From: Hormiphora californensis
Lineage: Eukaryota; Animalia; Ctenophora
Assembly: GCA_020137815.1 (NCBI GenBank)
Contig: CM035356.1
Coordinates: 7,564,001 to 7,628,000 of the forward strand
DNA: 64,000 nt
Direction: 5' to 3'
In this document: in pieces, positions 12,231-25,963 of the stretch
Layout of the letters: each line of letters begins with the position of its first letter
Numbering within the stretch: position 1 is the stretch's first letter
Program-made: the position numbers and the translations under genes
The notes under the pieces: model-generated
Database searches by the model: none
What the model saw: the letters and a program-made list of their open reading frames with translations, nothing else
What the model was told of the DNA's origin: nothing

Positions 12231-14561
12231 TTATCGGTCTTTAGCGGGTCCAGCCCGCTCCCTTGAAACTGGGGCCACATTTCTTTCAATGGGTGTCATT
12301 TCAGTTCCCTGGTCAACGGTCCTGACATCACTCGGACTAGTGTCCGTCATTCTATAGTCCAGGACATACAGGTACAGCGCAATCCAAACAGCCAGACTTG
12401 CTACAAACGCCAAACTAATCCAGAATATAAACCATCCAGTGTAGAACACTCCCTTACCCAGGGTAACCACTGCCATTATTGCAGCTGCCACGGCGATGGT
12501 TGTCAGGCCAATTCCGTACAGGGTCGCAAAGTTATTCCTCCCGAAATACCGTACCAGCACGACAGGGTAGAGAGAGAAGATTCCTCCACCGCCCAGGAAT
12601 AGCACCACAAATGCAATGAAGTAGAGAATCTTACCATAGAACATGGCAACATAAACAAGGACAGTCGCTATGGTGATAGCGATTGTCATGGTCAGCACCA
12701 GGCCCTCCAAATACATGAAATCCGAGATTATGCCCCACACAAACGCTCCAAGTCCCTTTGCCACACCCAGGGAACCTCCAACCTGGGCAAGGAACAAATC
12801 GTCGCGGATAAAAGACTGCCCGTAAACTTTGAACATGGTGAGACCGGTGAGTACAGGTGCAAGAGCGAATGAAAACAGAAAGTAGCACTTCCAGAATATG
12901 GGCAGTTGGAGGGATGTGGTGACTTCTAGTTCTTGTTTTGGTTCGTTTTGCCTCCTGCGAGGATTGGTAGATCAGTCAATAAAATGAGGCTAAAATTATC
13001 AAACTATTTAGAACTACGCCAAAGCTAAGATAATAAAGATCTACCAAACCTACGAAAAATTAAGATTAAATACCTGCGACGTCTAGCCCGGCTACTATTA
13101 GTTGTTTCCGTTATAATACTCTCTGTCTCCTCATCGGCATGTTGTGCATCCTCGGCATCCTCTGGTTGGCATGGATACCGAGCTAGAAATGCTATACCCA
13201 CTATCTGGACTATCGTCAGACCTATAATAGAGAGAATGAAGGTGAAGATCGTCAGACCTGTAATAGAGAGAATGAAGGTGAAAATATTTAAGTTACTCTC
13301 TCTCCGTGCCCTGCGACGGCAAATGTAAAGGAGGGATAGAACTAAGAACATAACAACTTTACAGGTAGTTTGTTATTTGTTAGAAACTGAAAAGTATTGA
13401 CCTAAGATAGCGAGAAGATACACTTTCGGAACGTTATTCAAAACACCCTCGTTCACAAAATATCGTTCCGTTTTATCGGCGTATGGAGCGTGAGAGGGCG
13501 AGACGTTGTGGGGGTTGATAATCAATGTCACTATCGGGTTTACTACTGCTGGTGCTGCAGCAAAGGCTCCATAGTTGATTCCATTTACCTGGGATGGGGG
13601 TGGTAGGGTTCAAAACCTCAAACATATCATGGACAGATGATAATAACGTGTTCTTACTCACCATGCCCTCCCATCGCGGGACCCATTTGATGGCCTCGGT
13701 GAGGGCTCCAATGGTTGCCAAGGTAACTCCAAATGCTATAAACACTGCCGATACAAAGTTTAGATAGTAGCTCATTTTGAGGGCGATGTAGCTGATAACA
13801 AAGGATAACGTGTACACTGCAGAACCAATTGCAGCTGATTGCCAACCTAGGTAACAAAATAAACAACGATTTAATGGTACTAAATAAATAAATTGACTGC
13901 TAGTTTTTTGTTACTAAAGGAGAAGGGAATAAAACTAAAAAATGTATTTTACCTCCAAGTTTTTGTGTGATAAGTCCACAAGGAATGGATGCAAAGCCGG
14001 TGAGAAGGACCCCAAAGAATATGAGAACTGATAGGTCGCTGTATCTGAGATCTGGATCTGCTCCTTCACCCCTCACTCTGGCATAGGATACCAGATACGT
14101 GACCTGGTTACCTGGGAATGTGTAACCTGGTTACCTAGGATACCAGATACGTGACCTGGTTACCTGGGAATGTGTCGGTGAAACTTGAAATCAATCAAAC
14201 GTACCATCTCTCAATATATCTCTCAATGTATCTGAACATTACTGATGGCCCTCAAATTATAGATCTAGGAAGCTAGAGATCAGCTTTATATCTAGGATAA
14301 TATCAGCTATATTTTACCTAGTGATGTTATTTATGCCTGATCCCACTTCCAACCCTCTATACTATACCTAGTGGTTTTGTTTGTGCCTCCCACTTCCAAC
14401 CTTCAGCTGGTTTACCTACCTAGTGATGTGACTGTTCCCACACTAAACTGGATCAGAGCCGACCCTATAAGGGCTACTGTCTGTCTGCATTTCAGGTTTT
14501 GACACTTTTGGGCATGTTTCTTGACCGTCCTCCACGCTCTTTCCAGCCCTGACCGGGCCAT
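12231..14561 (-). CDS. MFS transporter, oxalate:formate antiporter / monocarboxylate-carrier-like, multi-exon
   Basis: Hydrophobic TM exons: ALIGSALIQFSVGTVTSLG|NQVTYLVSY..DLRYSD, FKVYGQSFIRDDLFLAQVGG..GAFVWGIISD, GGGIFSLYPVVLVRYFGRNNFATLYG. Confidence 0.85.
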
Positions 14562-14902
14562 GTGATACCGGGCTGGAAATGTATCAAAGAACAAGATTAG
14601 ACATGATATACCGGGCACTTACAAAATCAAACAGCGATATCAAACAGGAAGCCACTAAGTTGACTACAGCTAGTGCTGCAGCACTTGTTATGTTCTAACC
14701 CTCGTTTACAAAGGGTCAATGCCGCAATAGGTTCTATACAATACACAGCTTTGATGTCACTATTTTGACCGACAGATTAATGATCGATGGGCCCAGTACA
14801 AGCAAACACAAAATTTATAGAGACACACAGATTCAGAATTACAGAGAGAGAGAGAGAGAGAGAGAAAAAGAAGAGAGAGAGAGAGAGAGAAAAAAAAGAG
14901 AG

Positions 14903-14975
<73 letters not shown>

Positions 14976-15928
14976 TAAAAAACATATGAACAGTCTCCAC
15001 CTTAGTTACTGTACCCACCCACGTGATACTGAAAGATGTGCCCGATTGACTGAACTGTTTAATTGAAGCTATTATCTCTTTGCTAACTGTATCAATAAAA
15101 ACTAATTTTCCACGGAATGACTTCCCGGTAAAGAGGTATAATCTTTCTGTAAACGTCGCCCCACCATATTGATCTACACCAGCTACACCTAGAAAGCGAC
15201 TTGTGTCTGGGTATTTTAATGGCAAATGCCTGCCTTTATTTAAATGTCTCTACACAACATGTTACGTACCATGGAATGCCATATATCCAATATAATATGT
15301 GCAAGTCGAGTTATGTAAGGAGAGTCATGTAAGGCGTGCTGATAGGTTTTTCAATTACTATGACAGAAAACAAAGAACTCCTGGCGCCCAGCTTTGTTAG
15401 AAAAGAAACAAAGTCTCAGAGCCTACACACACGCAAGATTCAGTTTGTTGACTTTATCACACATACTGAGCTAATTTTACCGTATTAAAACGTTAGTGTG
15501 TTGCACTAAAAACTAACTTTTTGATGTTTCAAACAAGGTCATTGAGTCTTGATTTTTTACAAAGATTGATCTCTATACAAACAAAGTTAGTAAATTATGT
15601 CAGCTTGATAAAATAACTTCTACCAAAACGCCTGCTTGAAAACTAATATATCACTCATATATATTTTTTGTCTCATCCTTCTTCTTCTTCTTTTCGAGTC
15701 CTATCGCTCTCTCTTTCTCTTATGTACAAAGTATATTTTTCCATTGAAACTTAATCTTCCTCGAGTTGAGGAAATCTTAATATAAACGTCGTATCATGGT
15801 TGTAAGGGGTCAACAGCTTATCATCGATGGGGAAAGACGATGAAAAGGGGTCGGAACCACACGGTCATTATATAATCGAGTTATGACCCAGAGAATATTT
15901 TCCAGATACATGTTGGTGGTGGTGGCGT

Positions 15929-18320
15929 CTACTGGATATCGTCAGGAAGGACTAGCCTAACATTCAGTTTGGGCTCAAAGTACTTCACAATCTGAAACAT
16001 ATTGTTGTATGAGAAGCAGGACCAAAATCCCTCAAATACTGAATGAAGCAATAAAGAAGTTTCATCAAAAGTTCCCTCACCCTACACAACGGCAGAGATA
16101 TAAAATAGCAGTATGATTTGGCTAAAGTAACATACGAGTAAGCAAAGAAAGGGAGGGGGGGGGGAAGGCCATTGACCAAAATCAGGGTTCCGATAGCATT
16201 TTTTGCGATGGATCCCCCTGGCCTTCTTTTTAGGGCTGGACCGAGGACCCCCAAAAAACATGTTATGTATACCTGTCGGATGGTGGGTTTGAACTTGAGG
16301 AAGATGGGATCTTCAAAGGCGTGGTTCATGTAGGATCTCAGGTGAGGGACATCATCGGGGATCTCAAAACCAGGCTTGAACAGGTTCGCTACAGACATCT
16401 TGAGACAGGGAAAAGTAAATTTTATAACGAGAATTTGTATGAACTTGATAGCCAGTTAAAAACATAACAGGTTAACAGGAGGAAACAATTAAACAATCTC
16501 ATAATAGCCAGAACGTACCAGGTTGTAGAGGGCAGGAACCATCCTAATATCCCAGAGGGTTAACCTCTTCTCCTTCATGTAGTCTCCCTCTTTACTGAAA
16601 TATAACAGAGGTCAGGATTAACACAACCCTAGTTCAAGCTCTGACAGACTCCACCCAGTATTACATAGTGGTGATGACAACATTGCACTTAACTTAATTT
16701 TCACCCGGTCAGCAAGACTATATTATAACCCTCCAAGATTTCAGTCCTAAAGACACAAGCCACAGGGGACTCAAGCGAAGGCCAATTCAAAAACTTACTT
16801 ATAAAATTGGACAAGATACAATTCAAAAACTTACTTGTGACATTGGACAAGATACTCGTCAAGTTGTCGGAATTCACTTTTCAGGTCCACCCAATCAGGG
16901 TTACTGTCATCGTAGGGTCGTACTGATTTCAGCAGACTGAGCGTCAGGTTCTTTACCGTCTTACCCCTGTGGTGTACAAGATGTTTAATTAATAATTGGG
17001 TGCATGTTCTCCAAACTGTTCCTAACAGAACAAGAATACAATCATGCTCCAATGTAAAACCAAAAACAAACCTGAATCTAGATGCGCCCATTCCACCAGC
17101 ACAAAGAAGGGGAACACGGAATTTCTTCTCAAGGGCCATCATAATCTCGGCAGAGCCAATCTTGTACTGTTCCTTGTCGTACCTAATAGATGGTGATTAA
17201 TTGTTTAGCACGGAACACATGGTGTCAAGCCACATAAAGATGAACAGGATAGGATGTCGGGAAATGAAAATCGGACGCCCTTTTCCACTGCTTAACCGTT
17301 TTGCAAGCATGTGCATTGGCCATTGTGCAATGTATATAACCTTCATAACAAAATCAAAAGTCTAATCTTACTTGGCCATTGGAAGAACTCCATCCCAGTT
17401 GTTTTTCCTGAACCACTCGGGCAAGTTTTTACTCTTCTCAGGCTCCACAATGTGCACCTGAGAAAAATCTTTAAATTACCTAAAGCACCTAAGGGCATAC
17501 GTTATTTAAAACGCTCCAGTCCTATGTATCCGTCGCTGTCAAAAACGTGTATACTAGAGGACTGCTGCAGTGCATGCCAATACAGAATATTACAGGTGCT
17601 TTTTGCACAAATCAACCTTTTATAAGCACCTTATGTGGGAATCCTTTCATTTCGAGGTAGATTTTCAGTTCCGTCGTTGTTGGATCAGCATTCACCTGGC
17701 CCTCCTCTACTCCCTCCTGAATTGGGGAGGTTGGGATTAGTCTTGCTGATGTCTGTAAGGTGTTGCAATCTGTTTGGCACATTCTGTGACCTGTTATGTG
17801 TGCTAAAGGTTTAATCTGTACTATTACTATATGTACTCGGTGTTTGTTTGGTGCATTCTGTGGTCTACAGCTATATCAAGTGTTTCTTGTTGGCTATAGG
17901 CACAGCTGCAGAGTATGCAGGTGTTTCCTGTTTGGCACAATTTGTATTTTACTGCACAGGTATAATATGGTTGTCTACTGTGCAGGTAGTTGTCGATTTG
18001 GCAGGTACAGGTTTGCCAGGTCGCTAATCTAGTTTTCAGTTCTGGCATAGCTCATAACACCCAACTATAGATAGCTATAGATGGATGGTCTAGGTCTATA
18101 GGTCACTAAAAAAAGGCCATTATAAGACAATAGAATCATATTTTTTAACAAATTACAACAGGCATATATATCTGCCCACCTTGAAGCAAACATTCAAATT
18201 CTTGGGATGAGGGTAATCGATGATTTTCTTCTTGTCAGCCCCAGCAGCACCTCTCTTGGTCCGTGCCCGCTGTTGAGCCCTAGCGTTGTAGCCGGTCCTC
18301 ATACTAATAACAGGAATCAT
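15929..18320 (-). CDS. GST-fold protein, CLIC/DHAR-like (isoform using the proximal first exon)
   Basis: Spliced peptide ...PKNLNVCFK|VNADPTTTELKIYLEMKGFPHK|VHIVEPEKSKNLPEWFRKNNWDGVLPMAK|YDKEQYKIGSAEIMMALEKKF...EFRQLDEYL...RLTLWDIRMVPALYNL...FEIPDDVPHLRSYMNHAF...PDDIQ*. Follows the CLIC/DHAR N- and C-terminal domain pattern. Confidence 0.75.
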
Positions 18321-18522
18321 GGCCGAGTTGTACAGGACGAGGCAGTGTAACGCAGTGTAACACAAGGCAGTGTAACACACACAAACAATAGAGCAACAAT
18401 AAAGAAGAGGAGGGAAATTAGAATTATAATCAAGTTATGTGTAGTTAAGTGTGTGTGTGGTGGGCGGGTAATTAATATAGTAGCGAGTTGTGGGTTCGTT
18501 ACCTCTTGTAGAATTAGAGGTA

Positions 18523-19257
18523 CAGTCGGACCCCGATTTACCGGGCCCCGATTTACCGGGACCCCGATTTACCGGGAGGATTTCTTTCCCCCGATTTTTT
18601 TGGAAAATTTTCGAAGTTTGGCCGGTTGGTAAACTTGTATTTGCAATTCGCTAGGTCTAATGGGGATCACGTATCGGTTCGTTTCGAACCGTCTAATTAG
18701 CGACAGGGCACGTGATAAGATGCACCGATTCGAAACACGATTCGAACGTGGCTGGTATACCTTAGAAAAATTTCATAACTTTTTTTTGCAAAATTTTACA
18801 GAATCATTGTCAATGCTTTGATCGATGCTCCCCGTAAATTTTCAGAGAAAAAGTTATTTTGAAACTTTGATACTTCCTGACCCCGCTTAAGGTGCCCAGA
18901 TTCGGCATGGTATCACGTATCGGGTCGTTTCGAACCGTCTAATTAGCGGCAGGACATGCGATAAGATGCACCGATTCGAAACACGATTCGGACTCGGTCG
19001 GGGTGGTTTACCTTAGAAAAAGTTTTTACATTTTTTTTTTGAATTTTTTAAATTTTCTATTTCTAATGACATAAGCAATGCAATGATCATATTGTCATCA
19101 ATATATGTATACTATACAGTTAGAGGTGTCTTGGTATAGAATTTTGGACAAAGTAGGATTTATGGGTCAAATATGCTCTACCCCGATATACCGGGCACCC
19201 CGATTTACCGGGCAAAATGGCTTCCCCCGAGAATCCCGGTAAATCGGGGTCCGACTG
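18523..19257. mobile_element. Tc1/mariner (pogo-like) MITE
   Basis: TA|CAGTCGGACCCCGATTTACCGGG ... CCCGGTAAATCGGGGTCCGACTG|TA, with an internal direct repeat. Confidence 0.88.
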
Positions 19258-19492
19258 TATATACAGTGTGTGAGAATGGGGAACCGGAAAACGGCAGAGG
19301 AAGTTTAAAATTTAAGCGAGATTTCCAATTGTCACAATAACAGTTCAGGCCAGTAAGGATAATGAAATAATGCGAATTTGAAATGTTTCAATTTTCATAG
19401 ATTCCACGTGTGTATGGGAAGCAGGGTGAGGGTTGTGAAAGAGTTCTTTGTAAGCTAGCACTCCCCCTTGTCAACACGATAGTAAAACATTG

Positions 19493-19556
<64 letters not shown>

Positions 19557-19796
19557 TCTACCTCTATCTCTATCTCTCCCCTTACTTTCTCAATTCTTAC
19601 ATCATATTCTATCCTTTATTTATTTCTGAATTTACTTTAAGCCTTCTAGAACCTAGTCCGTGAATTTCTAGATCTAACTTTTAAATTGAATATTACGTTG
19701 ATGACAGGCCTTGAATATGTGAATACAAGCTGAGCCTGCTGCACTACGAATCTGCAGAACGATTTTTGATTTGGAGAAGCTGAGAGACAAGTGTGT

Positions 19797-19842
<46 letters not shown>

Positions 19843-20714
19843 AAGATAAAGAAAGATAGAGAAAGATAGAGAGATAAAGAGAGATACGGAGAATCCAGAC
19901 TTTTGGTCCTGTTGACACACCAATTACAATACCGGTCTAGCGACCAAGACAGAAGGAGAGTGCCTTTTTAGAGATGACGAGGCTTGACACACACACTGAT
20001 GTTATGTAGCTTGAGGAAGTTTTTCGTCTAAAGGTCAACTGAAAATAACAGTTTGTGTCTCACTATGTAAGGTCGAAGCGCAAAGCAAAGAAGTTGACTG
20101 AAAGTAGTCTGCAACATGACTGTCTCTGTGCGAAGGGAGAGAGTGATAGATTATTGGGAGGGAGAGAGAGAGAGAGAGAGAGATAGGGAAAATAAAAGGG
20201 AAGAGTCATGTAGTAGTTGTGCGAGTGCTAAATTGATTTAAATTTTGGGGGAAAACCACGCACACGGAATATATATTATTTCCTGTCACAGAGGTTTCAA
20301 CCACCGCGAATGGCACTGGTATTCTAGAACCGAGCCAGAGATGGAGAGAGGGAGAGAGAGTTGGAGAGAGAGAGAGAGAGAGTGGAATAGAAAATTAAAT
20401 AAATAGAGATTGGTTGAAATACGCCAGATATTCTGGTGGTGGGTACGCTGACTGTTGCCTGACGAAGTTGTAGGATAAATTAATAAAAATAGAAGCACCA
20501 TCAGTATTTCCACACCAAATGGCATTCTTCAAAACTCGGTGTATGAAATTCCTAGTGAGCACCGATTTACAGTACAGCTGGAGATATGGTGTGTCACGTG
20601 ATACCCAAATATGGTGGTCACTTGGTGCCCAAATATGGTATGTCACGTGATGGTAACAATAGTTACATGCCAGTTATCAAAACACAAGGATTGTTTCTAT
20701 CCCAAATTACATAC

Positions 20715-20825
20715 CCGGTAGCAAAAGACCAGATTTCTCGGGTGGGGATAGTCGATTTTTGTGCTTTTTGCACCAGTCTTCTTGGCAGCCCGTGTTGCCG
20801 CTCTTCTATTGTAACCCAGCCTCAT
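20715..20825 (-). CDS. Candidate alternative first exon B of the GST-fold gene
   Basis: MRLGYNRRAATRAAKKTGAKSTKIDYPHPRNLVFCYR followed by a phase-0 GTATGT donor; homologous to the exon at 18180-18320. Confidence 0.75.
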
Positions 20826-21399
20826 TGTCAACTAGTCCAGTGTCAGGATACTAGATCAGCTGTTATAGCTTGAATACTGGTGTTTTATAGTTGGTATGGA
20901 GAACAACTAGCCAAAGTAGAGTGTAGAACAACTAGACAAATGCAAAGTATAGTCCAGGATATAACTAGACAGTATAGTAGTAAATAACAAAGTTATACTG
21001 ATGTACAAAAGGAAGCTATACGAATCCACGCCAAAAGCTGAGTCACTATCAAGACCGAGGGAACACATGTAATAACTCAGAGAGCGAGACAGTGATAGAG
21101 GCTTGTGCGAAAACTTGAAATTTGGTCCTCATTAGAGCAGCTATAAATAGACCATGTCTGAAACTCATATTGACACCCGGCCGAGTGTACCGGAACGACA
21201 GGTGAAAGTTAACCGGAAAGATGGGTGAAACACACGGAAGTGGGGAAATCAGTTACAGCCGGAATTCCAGGTTGGAACGCTCCATATCCTGCACTCTAAG
21301 TTTGTAACAAAATTAACAAATAGTATTATCCGCAATGAGACGTGAAATAAACCCGCCACAGACGGGGATTTGAGGCGGTGTTTAGCAAAACGGGAAAGG

Positions 21400-21987
<588 letters not shown>

Positions 21988-22481
21988 AGATAGGCGAGCT
22001 CGACCAGATGCAAAAACAAATGGAAACGTGCCGGGAAGGTTTAATTAATTTAGCAGCACATCACAACGGAGTGTTACCGCTGAACAGGGCGTGAGGTTGC
22101 GGGCAAAAAATACGTGCGACTTTCCCGACCACCTTATAAGACACACATGGCGGGGTAGAGAGATAGGGAGAGAAAGATAAAGAAAGATAATGAACTGAAC
22201 GATAAAGATAGGGGTACTGGTGAACAAGGAACTGACCGTAGAATTAAAATTCAAAGATGGAACTGTATGCCCAACAAGCACACATGGTACTGTGAGAGTG
22301 TTGAAAGGATAAATTCAGTACCAGCTAAGGCTGGATAAATTCAGCGTTTGTACCAGCGATGGATATTCAGAGTTTCTTGAAAATTAACGGGAACTGATAG
22401 CTGGATAAAGTTAAAAACATGGATGCTGTAGGAATCAGGAGACAGACATGCTCTACATTATATCTTGTTGACAGATATATA

Positions 22482-23451
22482 CGGTGGCAGATTCCGGCCA
22501 AGTGTTTTTTTAGTCAAGTGAAATATTTTTGCTTGAAGTTTTATAAAAAATTTATTTCAAAATAAAAATAAACATGTCGTTAAAATTATTGGCCGGAATC
22601 TGCCACGCGAGTGGCAGATCTCGGCCAAGATTCTAAAAAAACCTTGGCCAGAATCTGCCAATCACGTGGCAGATTCCGGCCAACAAACTGAAACTTACTT
22701 ATATCAAAGCGAAAACCGCTGTACCCGACTAATTTTGATACTCTGAATCACGTAAGCAACTTTTCCAATCCCTCAGAGGTCGGGAAAGTATCCTAATTGA
22801 GCATAATAGGGTCTAATTGACCCCACTTACAACTTTTCACCTGGAAACGATAGACGCTTATGTGAAGGCACTTTTCCGACTAATTTTGATAAGCTGAATC
22901 ACGTAAGCTATTTTTCAAAACCCCCCGAGGTCGGGAAAGTGCCCTAATTGAGCAATTAAGGCCAATTAGACCTAATTATACTTAATTAGGCCAAATTCCC
23001 GACCTCGGAGGGCTTGGAAAAGTTGCTTACGTGATTCAGCGTATCAAAATTAGTCGGAAAAGTGCCGTCACATAAGCGTCTATCGTTTCCAGGTGAAAAG
23101 TTGTAAGTGGGGTCAATTAGACCCTATTATGCTCAATTAGGACACTTTCCCGACCTCTGAGGGATTGGAAAAGTTGCTTACGTGATTCAGCGTATCAAAA
23201 TTAGTCGGGTACAGCGGTTTTCGCTTTGATATAAGTAAGTTTCAGTTTGTTGGCCGGAATCTGCCACGTGATTGGCAGATTCTGGCCAAGGTTTTTTTAG
23301 AATCTTGGCCGAGATCTGCCACTCGCGTGGCAGATTCCGGCCAATAATTTTAACGACATGTTTATTTTTATTTTGAAATAAAATTTTTATAAAACTTCAA
23401 ACAAAAATATTTCATTTGATTGAAAAAACTCTTGGCCGGAATCTGCCACCG
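22482..23451. mobile_element. Foldback-like palindromic MITE with TA target duplication
   Basis: TA|CGGTGGCAGATTCCGGCCAAG ... CTTGGCCGGAATCTGCCACCG|TA. Arms are near-perfect inverted copies almost to the centre (about 22960). Confidence 0.88.
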
Positions 23452-23727
23452 TAGATATATCAGTCGATGATTTGTGTACATTGAAGCAGATGAAGTTATA
23501 CTACATGATTATACTGATCCATTTCAAATGGTTCCGGTGCAACCCCTCCTCGTTTTGTTTTAGCCTTGGCTGAGAATGAACAACGATACCAAGTAACTTA
23601 TTATACCACAGACCATTGGAAAGCGCTACAGTCCTATCGTAGAGGGGACTGTAGCGTATACGCCAACACAAACCACTGTGATGTTATCAACCCTAATTTC
23701 TGCAGTATGAAAAAACAAAGCACTAAC

Positions 23728-23910
23728 CTCCTTGTTCGGTTTCCTGTATACAATCTGGAGATTCTTGGGACACTTATAACCCAACATCTTAGCAGCCTTG
23801 GCGTCCTTGCATCCCGCAGCTAACAGCGCCTTATTGGTGTTCTTACTACTGCTGCTCTTGGAACTCTTAGCAGCACCCCGCCGGGCTGCACCCGTATGCA
23901 TCGCAAACAT
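23728..23910 (-). CDS. Candidate alternative first exon C of the GST-fold gene
   Basis: MFAMHTGAARRGAAK...LGYKCPKNLQIVYRKPNKE followed by a phase-0 GTTAGT donor. Confidence 0.65.
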
Positions 23911-25807
23911 AACTACCACACGAACTACTAGACAAGGGCTGTGCAATTAAAAGTACGTACTAAACGAGCCTGCAACAAGAAATATGCGGCGGCGGGCTGA
24001 GTTTTAGAAAGAAAAACAGCTGGTATGCAACGTGTTTGTAGTAGCAGCGAGGCTCCTTGTGTCGACAGAAGCCTCTCCTTCTCTCTCTCGCATTCCATGT
24101 TAATGGTTTTATTCAGTTATAAAGGACAAGCAGTATTCAACTTAGTATCCTTTTTGGTGGTAGTAGGGGGAAACAAGGTGTAAACATGTTGACAAAATTA
24201 CAGATGACCTAATATTTCAAGGAAGTTCAGGGCCGGAACATATAATTCGAGATTATGTCAACTATCAGTTTATATTCCAAACTGTATTATTAATACATTT
24301 TATATTTTCCGAAGAAAGCAAACGCAGAGGAAGGTGTTCTCATCCAAGAAGAAAACTGTTCATTGAAGAAAAGTTTGAGCGGCTCAATAAGAGAAGCTCA
24401 AAAAGAGAAGTTCAAACGCTTTATATCAAATCTTGCCTTTTCATTAGACTGTCAACGCTTAATTACATGGTCTACCTGGTCTACATTCACTTTTTCTGCA
24501 AGATACCTTCGGTGTTGTGGTTCCTCCGGTTGCTCCTTCATAAAACCAATTATAGTACTTACCATGACAACAGGAACAATTTCACTGACTTTTCTGGTTT
24601 TACTTACGGTCAGTCCGGAACTATTTCACTCAATTGATGATGATTGCTTGTTTCTTTCTGTCATAGTCAGTATTGAATTTTTACTGGGTAATGCATTTTT
24701 ATCTCCCTCTCTCTCTCTCAGTCTCTCTCTCATGTGTCAAGAGGAAGTGCTATTCCATTGTGGTCAAGGGTATTTTAACCGTTTCTCTAATACCCCCACA
24801 AAAAACTTGTTTCTTGGGCTAGGTGTGACGTGAGTGAGCAATTTGGGGCGTTGCTATTTTAATTAAATGGACAACAAATTAATTGTATGGCCACGGTGGC
24901 ACGGTAGGCCACGTGAACTGTGAAATTTGCGGTTGTGTTTGAGAAATGAAAAGGATAGCAACATAGAAAAAAAGAGAGAACACCAAAAACCTAGAATGCG
25001 AAATTTAGCCGCTTTTATACGGCCTTCCCCCCGCCACATGGCCACAGGGAAACCAGGAAAAGTGTGTCAATATAGTAATGAAGGAGCTTTATGTGCTATA
25101 ATATGATTAGTCATGCGCATGCTAGCAGTAATATATAAAGTGTGAGCTGTAATAGAAGCAGGGGGAGTTTGGGCGCTCTAAATACTATTTGGCCGGATTC
25201 GAACACAGTTCTTGCCTTCCGAAGAATGAAGAGGGCAAGAATAAGAGAAATTAAGAAACTTGAAGCAGTATATGTACCGTTAGTGTGTAATTTTGATCTA
25301 CCGAATTCACATAAAACTTAGGGTTTTTTTTGTAACAAATATCCTTGCTGATCTTTACAAGTTCCTAAATCATTTTAACTGCATAATTGTTCACGATAAT
25401 ATGGTAGGTTTAAGATCATACATTGCAAAAAGGGGATTCAGGCAAGGAAATAGCTAGTGCAGAAACTAATGACGTGATGACAAGGTCGGTGTATGCATTA
25501 TCCAGAACAAACAAACGGACAAACAAATGTGCCCCACCCTGATATTTAACGGACGATGCTGACAGTCACACTTCAAGTTACACTTCCAGTTACACTTCCA
25601 TGTTCACACTTCAAGTCACACTTCAAGTCACACTCCTTTTTTTGTGACAGCATACCAAACTTGAACAAATTATAGAAATCACTTGAAAGAGCTGAACGCT
25701 GGTAGACGTGTGGCATTGTGTCTGCGCTATATGCGACGGAACAAAAAATGAACTATGAACAATCCAAGATATAATCCACGATACAGCTTCTAAAAAAGAT
25801 AACTCAC

Positions 25808-25963
25808 ATCAATATCAATGAGGGCGTGGTAGCATATCTCCAGATCACGAGGATAGGGGTAGTCAGGTTTTGGGGGACCTGGATTAGCCGCCGCCCTCAG
25901 TTGTTCCCTCTTCTTTATCTCATAGCTGCTGTCTCTCCGCTGCTGGTTCATGTACGACCTCAT
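25808..25963 (-). CDS. Candidate alternative first exon D of the GST-fold gene
   Basis: MRSYMNQQRR...KPDYPYPRDLEICYHALIDID followed by a phase-0 GTGAGT donor. Confidence 0.7.

Noticed and set aside
14985-15225. Coding-looking frame (PLKYPDTSRFLG...) upstream of the MFS gene
   Set aside because: No ATG start or splice context, and no recognisable homology.
24363-24833. 156-aa plus-strand ORF and its antisense frame
   Set aside because: No recognisable domain; the antisense frame has stops and lacks the YPxPxxL motif of the variable exons.
25188-25215. B-box-like GTTCGAATCC on the minus strand (tRNA/SINE)
   Set aside because: No cloverleaf or A-box could be supported.
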